64,000 bases of DNA. It comes from Thermoproteota archaeon (GTDB lineage: Archaea > Thermoproteota > Thermoprotei > Thermofilales > B9-G17). The notes beneath the pieces were generated by a model. It saw nothing but the letters and a program-made list of their open reading frames with translations. It was not told the DNA's origin and did no database searches. The stretch covers positions 192,001-256,000 of the forward strand of contig JAPDJW010000002.1 of assembly GCA_029258885.1 (NCBI GenBank), in the 5' to 3' direction. Of this stretch, positions 20,001 through 29,076 are shown in pieces (the first letter of the stretch is position 1; each line of letters starts with the position of its first letter). The translations under genes were made by a program, and so were the position numbers.

Positions 20001-21474
20001 CGTAATAGACTACGATCTCTCCAAGGCTATCCTACCGCTATTACGCGGGCTAGACTACAAGATAAGCTACAGGATCTGGCTCTACCCACAGTCATACAGG
20101 GGCTCTTCAGTATTTATCTTAGCTACATATAATGGCAGGACTTACAAGTTCAAGTCAATATTAGGCTTATCTCCCGACGAAATAGAGCTTAGATCCGGAA
20201 TAAAGGATATGATGATAGGCAGATGGTTTGAGCACTACGATGAGTACGTATGCATTATCTCAAGCAGCGCAGCCGAGAAACTTGGCATTAACATATACGA
20301 TAAGTTGAGTCTGGGAGGGCTCAATTTAACAGTAATAGGTATTCTAGATTCCTCAGCTATAGAGTATCTCAAGGATCTTGATGGAAGCTACATAGTCCCC
20401 GTGGATCCGGACGACGTCGTTAGCTTAAAGGTTGGCATAGTATCGGAGGAAGTTAGGAAGCCAGTATCGCTAGATGAAATAATCATAGTCCCCGATAGGT
20501 TGGCACTGAAGCTGGGAGGCTATGTCTCAAGCATAGCAGTTAAGGTAGACTATGAGCATGCACTTAACATAGCAAGGAATCTATCCCTAGTATTGGAGGG
20601 TCCAGCCATCTATCTGTCTGATGGATCGAGGGTAGTAACGGTAAGCGTTATTTCAGGTCTAGAAATATACGGATGGAACTACCTGCTAATTCCGCTCATA
20701 ATAGGTTCATTCACGGTAGTGATATCCATTATGGGCAATATTAGAGAGAGAAAATCTGAAATAGACGTATACTCGGCCATAGGCCTGCCTCCAAGCGGAA
20801 TAGTAGTGATGTTTATGACGGAAGCCTTAATATACGGGGTTATAGCTGCGGTCATAGGCTATATAGCTGGTGTCGCTACAAACAGAATCCTAGTAGGACG
20901 TGGCTTGCTTCCTCCAAGCTTTATGATAAACGTATCGTCCTCCTTCATGATTATAGCATTTGTAATTATAATGTTATCAACAATTCTTTCAGCGCTCTTC
21001 CCCTCTCTATCGGCATCAAAGATGGTTACTCCTTCGCTTAGAAGAAAATGGAGAGCTACCAAGCCTGTAGGGATAAGGTGGGAGGTCCCCTTACCATTCA
21101 CAGCTAGCAGTATAGCTGAGGCTAGGGGTATGCTTAGGTATCTAGCGGAATTCTTAGGATACCATAAGATAGAGACCCCCGATCCATTTTTCGTGGATGA
21201 ACTGAAGGTTGATCTCGATAACCTAAGGATAGATGCTAAAATGACACTTAAGCCCCTTGAGTCGGGAGTAAAGCAGAGCTTCGTTCTTTCCGCTAGAAGG
21301 TTTGGCGGTAGGTATACATTCGCCGTCTCGATAACTAGGCTGAGCGGTTCTAAGGAAATATGGAGAACCGTCAACTATAAGGTTATAGATGCCGTAAGGA
21401 AGCAGTTTCTACTATGGAGAAGCCTACCCGAGGAGGAGGCATTAAAGTACATTAGAGGTGAGAAGCATGTATGA
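17059..21474 (+). CDS. Second giant PA/M28-like-FtsX membrane protein
   Basis: Same architecture as 5037..9506. Shared GHWQALAG, YAPDYG.YG, RVWLYP/RIWLYP, ERKSEIDVYSAIG and TKPVG..WE.PLPF motifs. Confidence 0.8.
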   Translation: MRRRTIILLLLFFSQTLAWAHGSSYGAFPIDNINFDHIAAMAEKISSFESRVTGYPGYYRTLTYIERLAANFANKRGLDIIKQNFTVLVPLEIESYLVVGNTKYRAYAMWPNLVHTCKTVKPISGKFVYAKGGGIEEINGLPLNGSIAFLDFNSGYNWLRIASLGAKAIVFVEPNSTNTYESLTKFIEVPINIPRLYVRKDTFEEILRINPEEVSVFLNMEFREVNATNIVVEVPGSNENLRNEIIVVATYLDSFSPVPMLSPGFSEAISTAYLLNLLEILAENPTERTVWIVFLSGHWQALAGARYFVEKFFLNEGRRIVAFIGLDLSNDKGKLGLMYKGYFYEFYAPNVERWIFWLKNKIFGDGGYLDKLSELSDFEYRELIVDALVKNYGWWGQMYGPYILDSEPFVVAHGLGFTIADQIEFPTLKLTPIDEVRNLDRENLLRKLEIATAIIYGLANEPDYISWSDISPERIKWSAGGADVAGFITMEGEVLVYNVSSGWYTALGNAIVIVSRYGLDYLEFPFTRIYVKSNENGKFRVLGLGHGSAVGWYYVEAYVLDNTTGDIIYAPDYGVYGYRQLSFAYSPDSHPVKASTVVFRCATINIFDLVDPLGLRRTVYYDRRFMKTYTRFTGGTIYHLWLNLGSSLSILDKSTLSEYIRWGACVHRGIGAASIFVPLNSTTVILFKIGQPAATVGILANASREYPNGVGFKCQAKSISVKFSSFIFARDLYLVALKRYSILKENGIRDPLAEKYLDLAGLYLADIKREIKENNYGYAYTLSIIAWNTSLKAYRRIMGMISDTMTVNLMYFLLTVLFIFFLDLILFKKRTIKEIAFIAGATAGLILIYYLIHPAPKISQSFIISPLSVTLEILFLFVAVLFLRNFSLIIKEAAKRVSGTHRIEEDFFALASLSFKYSIENVMRRKIRAMLIMINLTTIMFAMVALTSAYPSQMTVEGYVGGSAIYEGVMISYGFENTPANVIDYDLSKAILPLLRGLDYKISYRIWLYPQSYRGSSVFILATYNGRTYKFKSILGLSPDEIELRSGIKDMMIGRWFEHYDEYVCIISSSAAEKLGINIYDKLSLGGLNLTVIGILDSSAIEYLKDLDGSYIVPVDPDDVVSLKVGIVSEEVRKPVSLDEIIIVPDRLALKLGGYVSSIAVKVDYEHALNIARNLSLVLEGPAIYLSDGSRVVTVSVISGLEIYGWNYLLIPLIIGSFTVVISIMGNIRERKSEIDVYSAIGLPPSGIVVMFMTEALIYGVIAAVIGYIAGVATNRILVGRGLLPPSFMINVSSSFMIIAFVIIMLSTILSALFPSLSASKMVTPSLRRKWRATKPVGIRWEVPLPFTASSIAEARGMLRYLAEFLGYHKIETPDPFFVDELKVDLDNLRIDAKMTLKPLESGVKQSFVLSARRFGGRYTFAVSITRLSGSKEIWRTVNYKVIDAVRKQFLLWRSLPEEEALKYIRGEKHV

Positions 21475-23422
21475 GAGACGCTTTAAATCAGGATTTACTA
21501 GAAGGTCTATACTAGCGCTCATATTTACCTCATTCACGATACTTCCTGTACAAATACTGCTTAGACTTACATCAGGAGAATCTATCGCCGCTGCAGCAGC
21601 ATACATAACTATAATTCTCTTTACTGAAATATCAGTATTCCTAGGAAATCCGCTAAGCAAGCAGGAGGTTTTCATAATATACTCGCTCGCAGCTCTTGCT
21701 GGAACAGCTGCGCCGTTTCTAGACTTCGTATACTACGCGTACTTTAAGACTTCAGAAATAGCGTGGTCGCTTAAGAATCCCTATACTGGAAGGCCCATAC
21801 CGCTTGAAATACCCTCCTTCTACGCCCCTCCAATAGGCTCTTCAGCCTATAGGTTTAGGTCGTTTATACATAGTGACTGGATACTGCCGATATTTGCATT
21901 CACGTTTCAATTCGGACTGCTTCTGGTACTAATGGAGTTTTCCCTAACATTTATGGGAGCGGCGTTATTCATAGATGTTGAAGAACTACCATTCCCCATA
22001 GCAAATGTTCAAGCACAGCTCATAAGCACACTAACTGAAAGAGATAGAGAAAGAATGAAGATATTTACGATAATGGCCGTAGTCTCTTCAATATACGCCT
22101 TCGTGCTTTACGGCATTCCAATATTATCCATGGGGATGTTCGGTACAAGCATTCAGATAATTCCTCTACCATGGCTGGATATGACCACGGGGCTAATAGG
22201 CATAGAGAAAATACTGCCTGGAGCCATGTTTGGAATTTCAACAGACCCCATAGCATGGGGAGTGGGGCTACTCCTATCCTCAGACACTTTAATATACATG
22301 ATTATTGGAAGCATAGCTGTATGGGTTATAGGAAATTACCTAGCTTTAAACGTATTCAGTAGCGAATTTCCCGAGTGGGCAGCTGAGTGGAAGCCTGGCA
22401 TGTCGCTTTCACTAATATGGCAGAGAAGCTACCTCAGGGTATGGTCCTTCATACACCTTGGCATATTTTTCGCTGTTTCAGCTATAATAGTTGCTTCAAA
22501 GTTTAAGAGTCTAATTAAGGCTTTTAAAATATTAATAAATCCTCCGAGAAGAGTGAAGGAGGCAGGATACATAGACATGCGAATACTAGTTTTAACGTAT
22601 GTATCAGCAAGCTTAGCGTCAGTATTATTCTTCCATTACCTAGTTAAAGACTATCCGCTACAGTACATGTGGGCAACAGTAGCATTATCCATGGGTGCGA
22701 GCTTCATATTTGCGCTAGTAAATACGGCTATGCTTGGAGAGACTGGAGCTACCGTCGGAACAATAGGGGGAATAGCTCCTCAGCACCTATTGTGGTATGG
22801 TACGCTATATACAACAGGCTATAAAGGAGTTGCTGCCTTCTTCTTTAACCCTGTTATAGGCGGTATACTATCCCCGAGTTGGGTGCAGGCAATTAAAGTT
22901 GCCCACCTCACCGAAACCAAGCCAATAGATTTCTTCAAGGCATACGCGATAGCTTTCATACTATACCACTTGTTCAGCTTCGTATACGTGTCGGCTTACT
23001 GGGCAATAGCTCCTATACCTTCCTCAGTGTACCCAGCAGCTATGGTTTTCTGGCCAATGGCAGTGCTAAACAAGGGAATGTGGGTAACGAGGAGGATAGT
23101 AGCTAAGCCTACTCTCACGGTATACAGCTTCATAACTATGCTATTACTCGGAGCAGCGGGAACTATTTTATCTAAATTTGGATTGCCGTTCAGCATAATA
23201 GGATTAACCGTAGGCATTACCACCCCGCCACCGTTTCCGGTAGCAGCCTTCCTGGGAGGCGTTATAGGAAGAGTTATAATTAGAAATCTGTATAGCGATG
23301 AATGGTTTAAGAAATATAGGGCGGTTATCGTGGCTGGAATAGCGGCTGGAGAAGGCATAGTCATCGGAATATTCTCAGCGATAGCTCTGATGTCTAAGTC
23401 GGCCTGGCTTCTCCCCTATTAA
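21458..23422 (+). CDS. OPT-superfamily-like polytopic membrane protein
   Basis: GFTRRSILAL; DVEELPFP; AGIAAGEG; overlaps the upstream FtsX gene by 17 nt. Confidence 0.7.
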   Translation: MRSMYERRFKSGFTRRSILALIFTSFTILPVQILLRLTSGESIAAAAAYITIILFTEISVFLGNPLSKQEVFIIYSLAALAGTAAPFLDFVYYAYFKTSEIAWSLKNPYTGRPIPLEIPSFYAPPIGSSAYRFRSFIHSDWILPIFAFTFQFGLLLVLMEFSLTFMGAALFIDVEELPFPIANVQAQLISTLTERDRERMKIFTIMAVVSSIYAFVLYGIPILSMGMFGTSIQIIPLPWLDMTTGLIGIEKILPGAMFGISTDPIAWGVGLLLSSDTLIYMIIGSIAVWVIGNYLALNVFSSEFPEWAAEWKPGMSLSLIWQRSYLRVWSFIHLGIFFAVSAIIVASKFKSLIKAFKILINPPRRVKEAGYIDMRILVLTYVSASLASVLFFHYLVKDYPLQYMWATVALSMGASFIFALVNTAMLGETGATVGTIGGIAPQHLLWYGTLYTTGYKGVAAFFFNPVIGGILSPSWVQAIKVAHLTETKPIDFFKAYAIAFILYHLFSFVYVSAYWAIAPIPSSVYPAAMVFWPMAVLNKGMWVTRRIVAKPTLTVYSFITMLLLGAAGTILSKFGLPFSIIGLTVGITTPPPFPVAAFLGGVIGRVIIRNLYSDEWFKKYRAVIVAGIAAGEGIVIGIFSAIALMSKSAWLLPY

Positions 23423-23485
23423 ATATTCCTTAAATTCTATTTTTGATGAAAATGCTTATATTAGTCAATAAATTTACCTTCTGGC

Positions 23486-24346
23486 ATGAGCCTGAGGAGC
23501 ACCTTAGTAATACTACTAGCGTTAGTTCTCATATTACCCGTAGTTAAAGCTTTACCGCCGGGTTCAGTTGTTCTAGATGTTCCGTATGTACATCAAGTAT
23601 ATGATGTTCCCGAGTGGTTTGATGGCCGCTATTCATGTGGGCCAACTTCGATAGTTATGGTGCTTGCATACTGGAAAGTTATAGAGCCATGGCCGTTCGA
23701 GGCCAGCATGCCATATAAACACACTTCGGAGTACGGAAGGTACGTATGTTGTATCTTTAAGGTTGGAGACTTCGTCTTCGATAAGGGGGAAGTAGATGCT
23801 TCCAGGAGGACTAAGGGGTACGGGGTGCATGGTTTCACATATATACCTGGAGCTGGCATGTCGTGGCAGAAGGCAGTAGATCTATTTAAGATATTCGGCT
23901 TCCAATCATACATAGACTACTCTCCAACATTCGAGGAACTTAAGAGGGAGATTGATAATGGCTATCCAGTATTAATGAGTACCCAGCTAACCAAAGCAGG
24001 ACATATAGTAGTTGCAATAGGATATACTCCGGATGGATGCATAATAGTCAATGATCCAGCTGGCGATAAAAATAGAGGGTCATACTTTAATTACTATGGG
24101 AAACAGGTAGTGTACGACTGGCCAGGCGTTAATAAGGGCCACGTGAACTTAAATAAAGTTAAAGCCTTTATAATAGTACATCCAACGGAAAACCTTAAGA
24201 AAGCAATACCCGTAAGCGAGAGGCCTGAAGAGGAGGATGGAATAAACGTTAAAACGTGGGTATCGCTGGCTATAATCATCGCAGCCGTGTGCCTCATAAT
24301 ATACCTGGGAGTAAGGGAGAAGCTTAAGGCTACACGACCAATCTAA
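23486..24346 (+). CDS. Surface-anchored C39-like (Peptidase_C39_2) cysteine peptidase
   Basis: LDVPYVHQ, SCGPTSIVMVLAYW (catalytic Cys), GHIVVAIGY (His) and VNDP motifs; signal peptide; C-terminal TM. Confidence 0.85.
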   Translation: MSLRSTLVILLALVLILPVVKALPPGSVVLDVPYVHQVYDVPEWFDGRYSCGPTSIVMVLAYWKVIEPWPFEASMPYKHTSEYGRYVCCIFKVGDFVFDKGEVDASRRTKGYGVHGFTYIPGAGMSWQKAVDLFKIFGFQSYIDYSPTFEELKREIDNGYPVLMSTQLTKAGHIVVAIGYTPDGCIIVNDPAGDKNRGSYFNYYGKQVVYDWPGVNKGHVNLNKVKAFIIVHPTENLKKAIPVSERPEEEDGINVKTWVSLAIIIAAVCLIIYLGVREKLKATRPI

Positions 24347-25562
24347 GTATATCCTCGTATCTCTCCCTCTTCCTTATGATTTTAACCTTGTCCTTAGATA
24401 CTAGTATCTCCATAGGTCTAGGCCTAGAGTTGTAGTTGCTTGCCATGGAATAGCCGTATGCTCCAACGTCTAGTATGGCTAGTATATCGCCCCGCCTGGT
24501 CTCAGGAAACTCGCCATCCAGCAGGAATACATCGGATGATTCACATATTGGACCGCCTATGCTGTATACCGCTTCTTCCCCATGTTCATTGCTTAAATTT
24601 ATTATCCTATGTTTTGCCCCATAGAGTGCAGGTCTAATTAAATCGTTCATTCCTGCATCGACGAGTATCCACCGTCGCCCTCCAGATTCTTTAACATAGT
24701 TAACTTTAGTAAGGAGTATTCCTGATTCTGCAACCAAGTACCTTCCCGGTTCAATGACTACCGTAGGTTCATTTAGCCCGTATTCGTTGCATTTCTCAAA
24801 GTATTTTCTCGATACTTCCTTGAGGCATTTATCTAAGTCTATTCCTTTATCGTAAGCATAAGATACTCCAAATCCTCCTCCTATGTCTACGTATTTAAGC
24901 TCTATTCCGAGCTTATCCAGAATCATACCAGCTATGTCCATAAGCTTACTCATATTCTGAACAAATGGATTAATCTCCCCTATCATCGAACCTATATGTG
25001 AATGTATTCCCAAGGCATTCAGCTTTCTCCATTTAAGAATTCTAGAGTACGCCTTAAACCAGTCTTTTAAATCAACTCCAAATTTACTCCCCCTAGTCCC
25101 TGTCCTAACGTATCTATGCGCTTTAATATGTATATCAAGATTAAATCTGACTCCTACTCTAGACTCCTTATCCAGCTTTTCCGTAATCCTACCTATAACA
25201 TCTATCTCCTCCAGGGACTCTACATTTATAATTAATACGTCGCTAAGAACAGCGTTCTCTATCTCATAATCGCATTTACTAACTCCATCAAAAATTATCT
25301 CCCTACCGCTATATCCGGCTCTAAACGCTGAGAGTATTTCTCCCCAGGACACAGCCTCTACCCCAAATCCATATCCTCGCATTATTTCGAGAATCCTTGG
25401 ATTGCTGTTCGCTTTACATGCATATGTTATCATAAAATTCCTAAAGTACTTACTCATTAACTCTTTTACATGCTCGCATCTATTTTTAATAATGTCTTCG
25501 AAGTAGACGTATAAAGGCGTACCATATTCTTCAGCTAGGCTAATAAGTAGGCTATGATCCAC
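24330..25562 (-). CDS. lysA: Diaminopimelate decarboxylase
   Basis: GTPLYVY, YACKAN (PLP Lys), HIGS, DIGGGFG, EPGRYLV, GPICESSD and GAYGYSMASNYNSRPRP motifs. Confidence 0.93.
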   Translation of the reverse strand: MDHSLLISLAEEYGTPLYVYFEDIIKNRCEHVKELMSKYFRNFMITYACKANSNPRILEIMRGYGFGVEAVSWGEILSAFRAGYSGREIIFDGVSKCDYEIENAVLSDVLIINVESLEEIDVIGRITEKLDKESRVGVRFNLDIHIKAHRYVRTGTRGSKFGVDLKDWFKAYSRILKWRKLNALGIHSHIGSMIGEINPFVQNMSKLMDIAGMILDKLGIELKYVDIGGGFGVSYAYDKGIDLDKCLKEVSRKYFEKCNEYGLNEPTVVIEPGRYLVAESGILLTKVNYVKESGGRRWILVDAGMNDLIRPALYGAKHRIINLSNEHGEEAVYSIGGPICESSDVFLLDGEFPETRRGDILAILDVGAYGYSMASNYNSRPRPMEILVSKDKVKIIRKRERYEDILRLVV

Positions 25563-27096
25563 CGCATATCACCTCAACCATAGCCTCCACGATAGCGGGG
25601 GAAATACCGTATGTTAATACGATCGTCTTTGCCTCCCTTATCATTAAGTAGTCTGTGGGCTCCTTTAATACTATAAGAGCCGATTTATCAAAGCTAGAAA
25701 TAATTCTCTTTGCAAGCTCCAACTGGCCCTTATATCTATAGGCATCATACGTTGCCACTATCACAGCATCCCCTCCCAGCCTATCAACCTCCATAATACA
25801 ATCCTCTACTTCCTCAATTAATGGATTTATGTCTATGGGAACTGTTAAACACTTTACCCCCTTATCCTCAAACTTCCTAATAACCTCTTCCTCCAGCCTA
25901 TTGAAGGGTAGCGGATACATGCTTCTGTATCGCGGCAGGAGAAGGACGATTTTCATTCCCTGTTTAAGCGGTAGGATTTTAGCGGAATCTCTAACGACCC
26001 TTATAGAGTTTAGGCAAATATTCCTGTTAATCTCCTTATGTCTAGTACATCCAACTACAGATAGTGGATAGCTTCTAGACTTTATTTGTAAAGCAAACTT
26101 TCTAAGATTCATAACCCTACTATATGCCTCTAGAATTCTCTTCCTCGAAATCCTCCCCGCCCTAACGTTATCAACTATACTATCCCTAATACTGTATATG
26201 AAGTTCTCATCGTAGCTCATCAGGAGGATGTCGCACCCAGCATTAAGAGCCATAGCCGCTATCTCGCTAGCCTCATATCTATCGTATACAGCTTTCATTA
26301 GTAGAGAATCTGTTATTACAGCGCCTCTAAATCCAAGCTCCCTCCTTAGTATTCCCTCAATAATTCTCCTTGAAAACGTCGCTGGTATAATTTCCTTGTC
26401 GATCTTTGGAAGGGCTACGTGGGCTGTCATTATAAGCTGTATACCAGCATCAACCGCCGCTTTAAAGGGCTTAAGCTCCCTGGATTTAAGAAGCTCTAAG
26501 TCGTGAGTTAGCACGGGAAGGTCTAGGTGTGAGTCTACGGAAGTATCTCCGTGTCCAGGGAAGTGCTTCCCGGTAGCAACAATCCCCTTCTCGTGGAGGC
26601 CACGTATAAACTCAACGCCCATAGATGAGACTAGTTCAGGCGTCGAGCCGAACGATCTTATCCCAATTATAGGGTTGTAGGGGTTAGTATTTATATCAAG
26701 TACTGGCGCAAAATCCACGTTAAATCCCATCGCATTAAGCTCCGCTCCAGCTATCTCCGCAACGGCCCTAGCATACCTGGGAGCTCCCGTGGAGCCTACA
26801 GCCATGTGGCTGGGAATAAATGTTACGTAGTCGTTAAATCGCATAATCAATCCTCCCTCGTGGTCTATAGCGTAGAGAAATCTTGGAATTTCAAGTTCCC
26901 TAGCATATCGGTTAAACTCCGACGTTAGACGTCTAACCTGCTCGGGGTTTCTTATATTACCTATGGTAAAGACAAGGCCGCATGGCTTAATATCCGATAT
27001 TAAATCCCTTGCTTCGTCAACGGAACTTCCCGGAAATCCTATAAACATCAGCTGACCAGCCAAATACTCAAGATCTACCTTTTCCATGGTAAACAT
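25552..27096 (-). CDS. nagZ: Beta-N-acetylglucosaminidase, GH3 two-domain type, no signal peptide
   Basis: IDHEGG, KHFPGHGDTSVDSH (NagZ-specific loop) and ITDSLLM nucleophile motifs. Confidence 0.93.
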   Translation of the reverse strand: MFTMEKVDLEYLAGQLMFIGFPGSSVDEARDLISDIKPCGLVFTIGNIRNPEQVRRLTSEFNRYARELEIPRFLYAIDHEGGLIMRFNDYVTFIPSHMAVGSTGAPRYARAVAEIAGAELNAMGFNVDFAPVLDINTNPYNPIIGIRSFGSTPELVSSMGVEFIRGLHEKGIVATGKHFPGHGDTSVDSHLDLPVLTHDLELLKSRELKPFKAAVDAGIQLIMTAHVALPKIDKEIIPATFSRRIIEGILRRELGFRGAVITDSLLMKAVYDRYEASEIAAMALNAGCDILLMSYDENFIYSIRDSIVDNVRAGRISRKRILEAYSRVMNLRKFALQIKSRSYPLSVVGCTRHKEINRNICLNSIRVVRDSAKILPLKQGMKIVLLLPRYRSMYPLPFNRLEEEVIRKFEDKGVKCLTVPIDINPLIEEVEDCIMEVDRLGGDAVIVATYDAYRYKGQLELAKRIISSFDKSALIVLKEPTDYLMIREAKTIVLTYGISPAIVEAMVEVICGGS

Positions 27097-27144
27097 CTAT
27101 CCCCCAAAAGTATATAACGATTGATTCGGTATAATGGCTACGTG
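27085..27144. promoter_or_regulatory. Compact divergent promoter with a central TATATA between nagZ and the kinase gene
   Basis: AAAAG-TATATAAC at 27106-27118. In-frame ATG of nagZ (27087, -) and in-frame GTG of the kinase (27142, +) both lie about 30 nt from the 5' edge of the box on their own strand. Confidence 0.5.
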
Positions 27145-28092
27145 ATAATACTAGCTATCGATGGGGGAGGCAGTAAAACAGAGGCAATAGCATTAAATGA
27201 TAAGGCAGACGTTTTAGGACGAGGCCTCGCAGGTCCCAGCAATCCAAATGTAGTTGGCCTCAAGTCATGTATAGAGGCAATACTTTTAGCCGCTCGAAGA
27301 GCCCTTAAAGAGGGAGGATTAGAGAAAGCGGACATACTTGTAGCCGGAATAGCTGGTGCTGGCAGATTTAAGACAAAATCGCTTATTAAGGATTCCCTAT
27401 CTAAAACCGGAATTGCGAAAAAATACCTCATATTTTCAGACGCCGAAATATACCTGGTTGCGTCCACTCGAGGTAGCTCCGGAATAATGGTAAACTCCGG
27501 AACTGGAATGATAGTCTTGGGAATGGATGATCGCGGGAGAATAGCTAGGAGCGGTGGATGGGGCTATCTCATAGACGATGAAGGAAGCGGGTTCTGGATA
27601 GGACGTGAGGCGCTAAACGCCGTGTTTAGATCATTGGATGGAAGGGGGCCGCCAACCCTACTTAGCGAGGAAGTATTAAGATTCTTCAACTCCGAGGATT
27701 TCGACGACCTTATAATCAAGATATATAGCAGTCTAACGCCTACAGATATCTCTAAGCTAACCCACGTAGTAGATAAGCTATATGAAACTGACGGGGTTTC
27801 CCGGGATATCGTTAGAAGGGCAGCACAAGAGCTCGCTAAGGCGGTAGAGGCAGTTAGAGCTAAACTTAATCTCAGATATCCAGTGAAGGTATACTGCGTT
27901 GGAGGGGCATTTGAGATGAAGTCGCTTTTAAGCGAATTCGAGAGAGCTCTAGGAGATAAGTATCTTATTTCAAAAGTTAAGCTAAGCCCTGTCGTTGGCG
28001 CTGCCATTTTAGGCTTAAAGGAGCTGCATGGAGGGAAAATAGATAAAAGATTATTGGACAAAATCTATTTAGAGTGTTTGAGGGTGGGATAG
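27121..28092 (+). CDS. BadF/BadG/BcrA/BcrD-family N-acetylhexosamine kinase (MurK/NagK-like)
   Basis: AIDGGGSKT, AGPSN, GIAGAG, SDAEI, NSGTG, GGWGYLIDDEGSGFWIG and VGG motifs. Probable start GTG 27142. Confidence 0.88.
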   Translation: MIRYNGYVIILAIDGGGSKTEAIALNDKADVLGRGLAGPSNPNVVGLKSCIEAILLAARRALKEGGLEKADILVAGIAGAGRFKTKSLIKDSLSKTGIAKKYLIFSDAEIYLVASTRGSSGIMVNSGTGMIVLGMDDRGRIARSGGWGYLIDDEGSGFWIGREALNAVFRSLDGRGPPTLLSEEVLRFFNSEDFDDLIIKIYSSLTPTDISKLTHVVDKLYETDGVSRDIVRRAAQELAKAVEAVRAKLNLRYPVKVYCVGGAFEMKSLLSEFERALGDKYLISKVKLSPVVGAAILGLKELHGGKIDKRLLDKIYLECLRVG

Positions 28093-28095
28093 ATT

Positions 28096-29076
28096 ATGGC
28101 TACTAGTGAGTTGGGTAGGAAGGATAGGGAGCTATTTAAGCTCCTAGAGAGGCTAACTACCGAGCAGATAAATCCGAGATCTACTAGATTAAGCGAGTTG
28201 TCAACAGTAGAGATACTAAAAATAATAAACGACGAGGATAAAAAGGTTGCATTTGCTGTGGAAAAAGAGATTCCAAATATAGCTAAAGCTGTAGATACGA
28301 TAGTAGACGCCATTAAGAGAGGAGGTAAATGGATATATGTTGGAGCTGGAACCAGTGGTAGATTAGGGATAATTGACGTAGCCGAACTTCTTCCAACATA
28401 CGATATAGGTCCTGAGGTAGCTGAAGCTATAATTGCAGGAGGACCTGGGGCTGTCTTTAGACCTATAGAGGGGGCTGAAGACGATGAGGAAATGGCTGTT
28501 AGGGAGCTTAAAGCTAAAAGACTATGCAGTAAGGATGTGGTTGTAGGCATATCGGCCAGCGGTAGGACGCCCTATGTAATTGCTGCACTGAGATACGCTA
28601 GAGAGATAGGAGCAAAGGCTATAGCTATAACCTGCGTTAGGGATTCACCTATAGTTAAACACGCAGATATAGTTATATGCCCCAATACGGGCCCTGAGGT
28701 CATAACAGGCTCCACGAGAATGAAAGCGGCTACAGCGCAGAAAATGATTTTAACGATGATGAGCACGGCCATTATGGTTAGACTCGGAAGAGTTAAGGGC
28801 AATTTAATGGTTACACTCGAGCCTGTCAGTAGGAAGCTAATTGAGAGAGCTAAGAGGATAATAATGATCGAGACTGGCGTTGACTATGATACAGCAACTA
28901 AACTGCTTGAGGAATCTAAGGGTAACGTGACAGCGGCGATAGTAATGGGGAAGGCGAACGTAAGCTACGAGAAGGCAATAGCATTATTAAATGCAACGAA
29001 CAATGTTCCCACTAAGGCTATAGAATTAGCCGAAAAACTTAGGAGAGAGGGTGTACTTGATAAGTGGAGCGGTTAA
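28096..29076 (+). CDS. murQ: N-acetylmuramic acid 6-phosphate etherase
   Basis: TTEQINP, YVGAGTSGRLG, DVAELLPTY and IEGAED (both catalytic Glu retained), GISASGRTPYV, TGSTRMKAATAQKMIL and GNLMV motifs. Confidence 0.95.
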   Translation: MATSELGRKDRELFKLLERLTTEQINPRSTRLSELSTVEILKIINDEDKKVAFAVEKEIPNIAKAVDTIVDAIKRGGKWIYVGAGTSGRLGIIDVAELLPTYDIGPEVAEAIIAGGPGAVFRPIEGAEDDEEMAVRELKAKRLCSKDVVVGISASGRTPYVIAALRYAREIGAKAIAITCVRDSPIVKHADIVICPNTGPEVITGSTRMKAATAQKMILTMMSTAIMVRLGRVKGNLMVTLEPVSRKLIERAKRIIMIETGVDYDTATKLLEESKGNVTAAIVMGKANVSYEKAIALLNATNNVPTKAIELAEKLRREGVLDKWSG

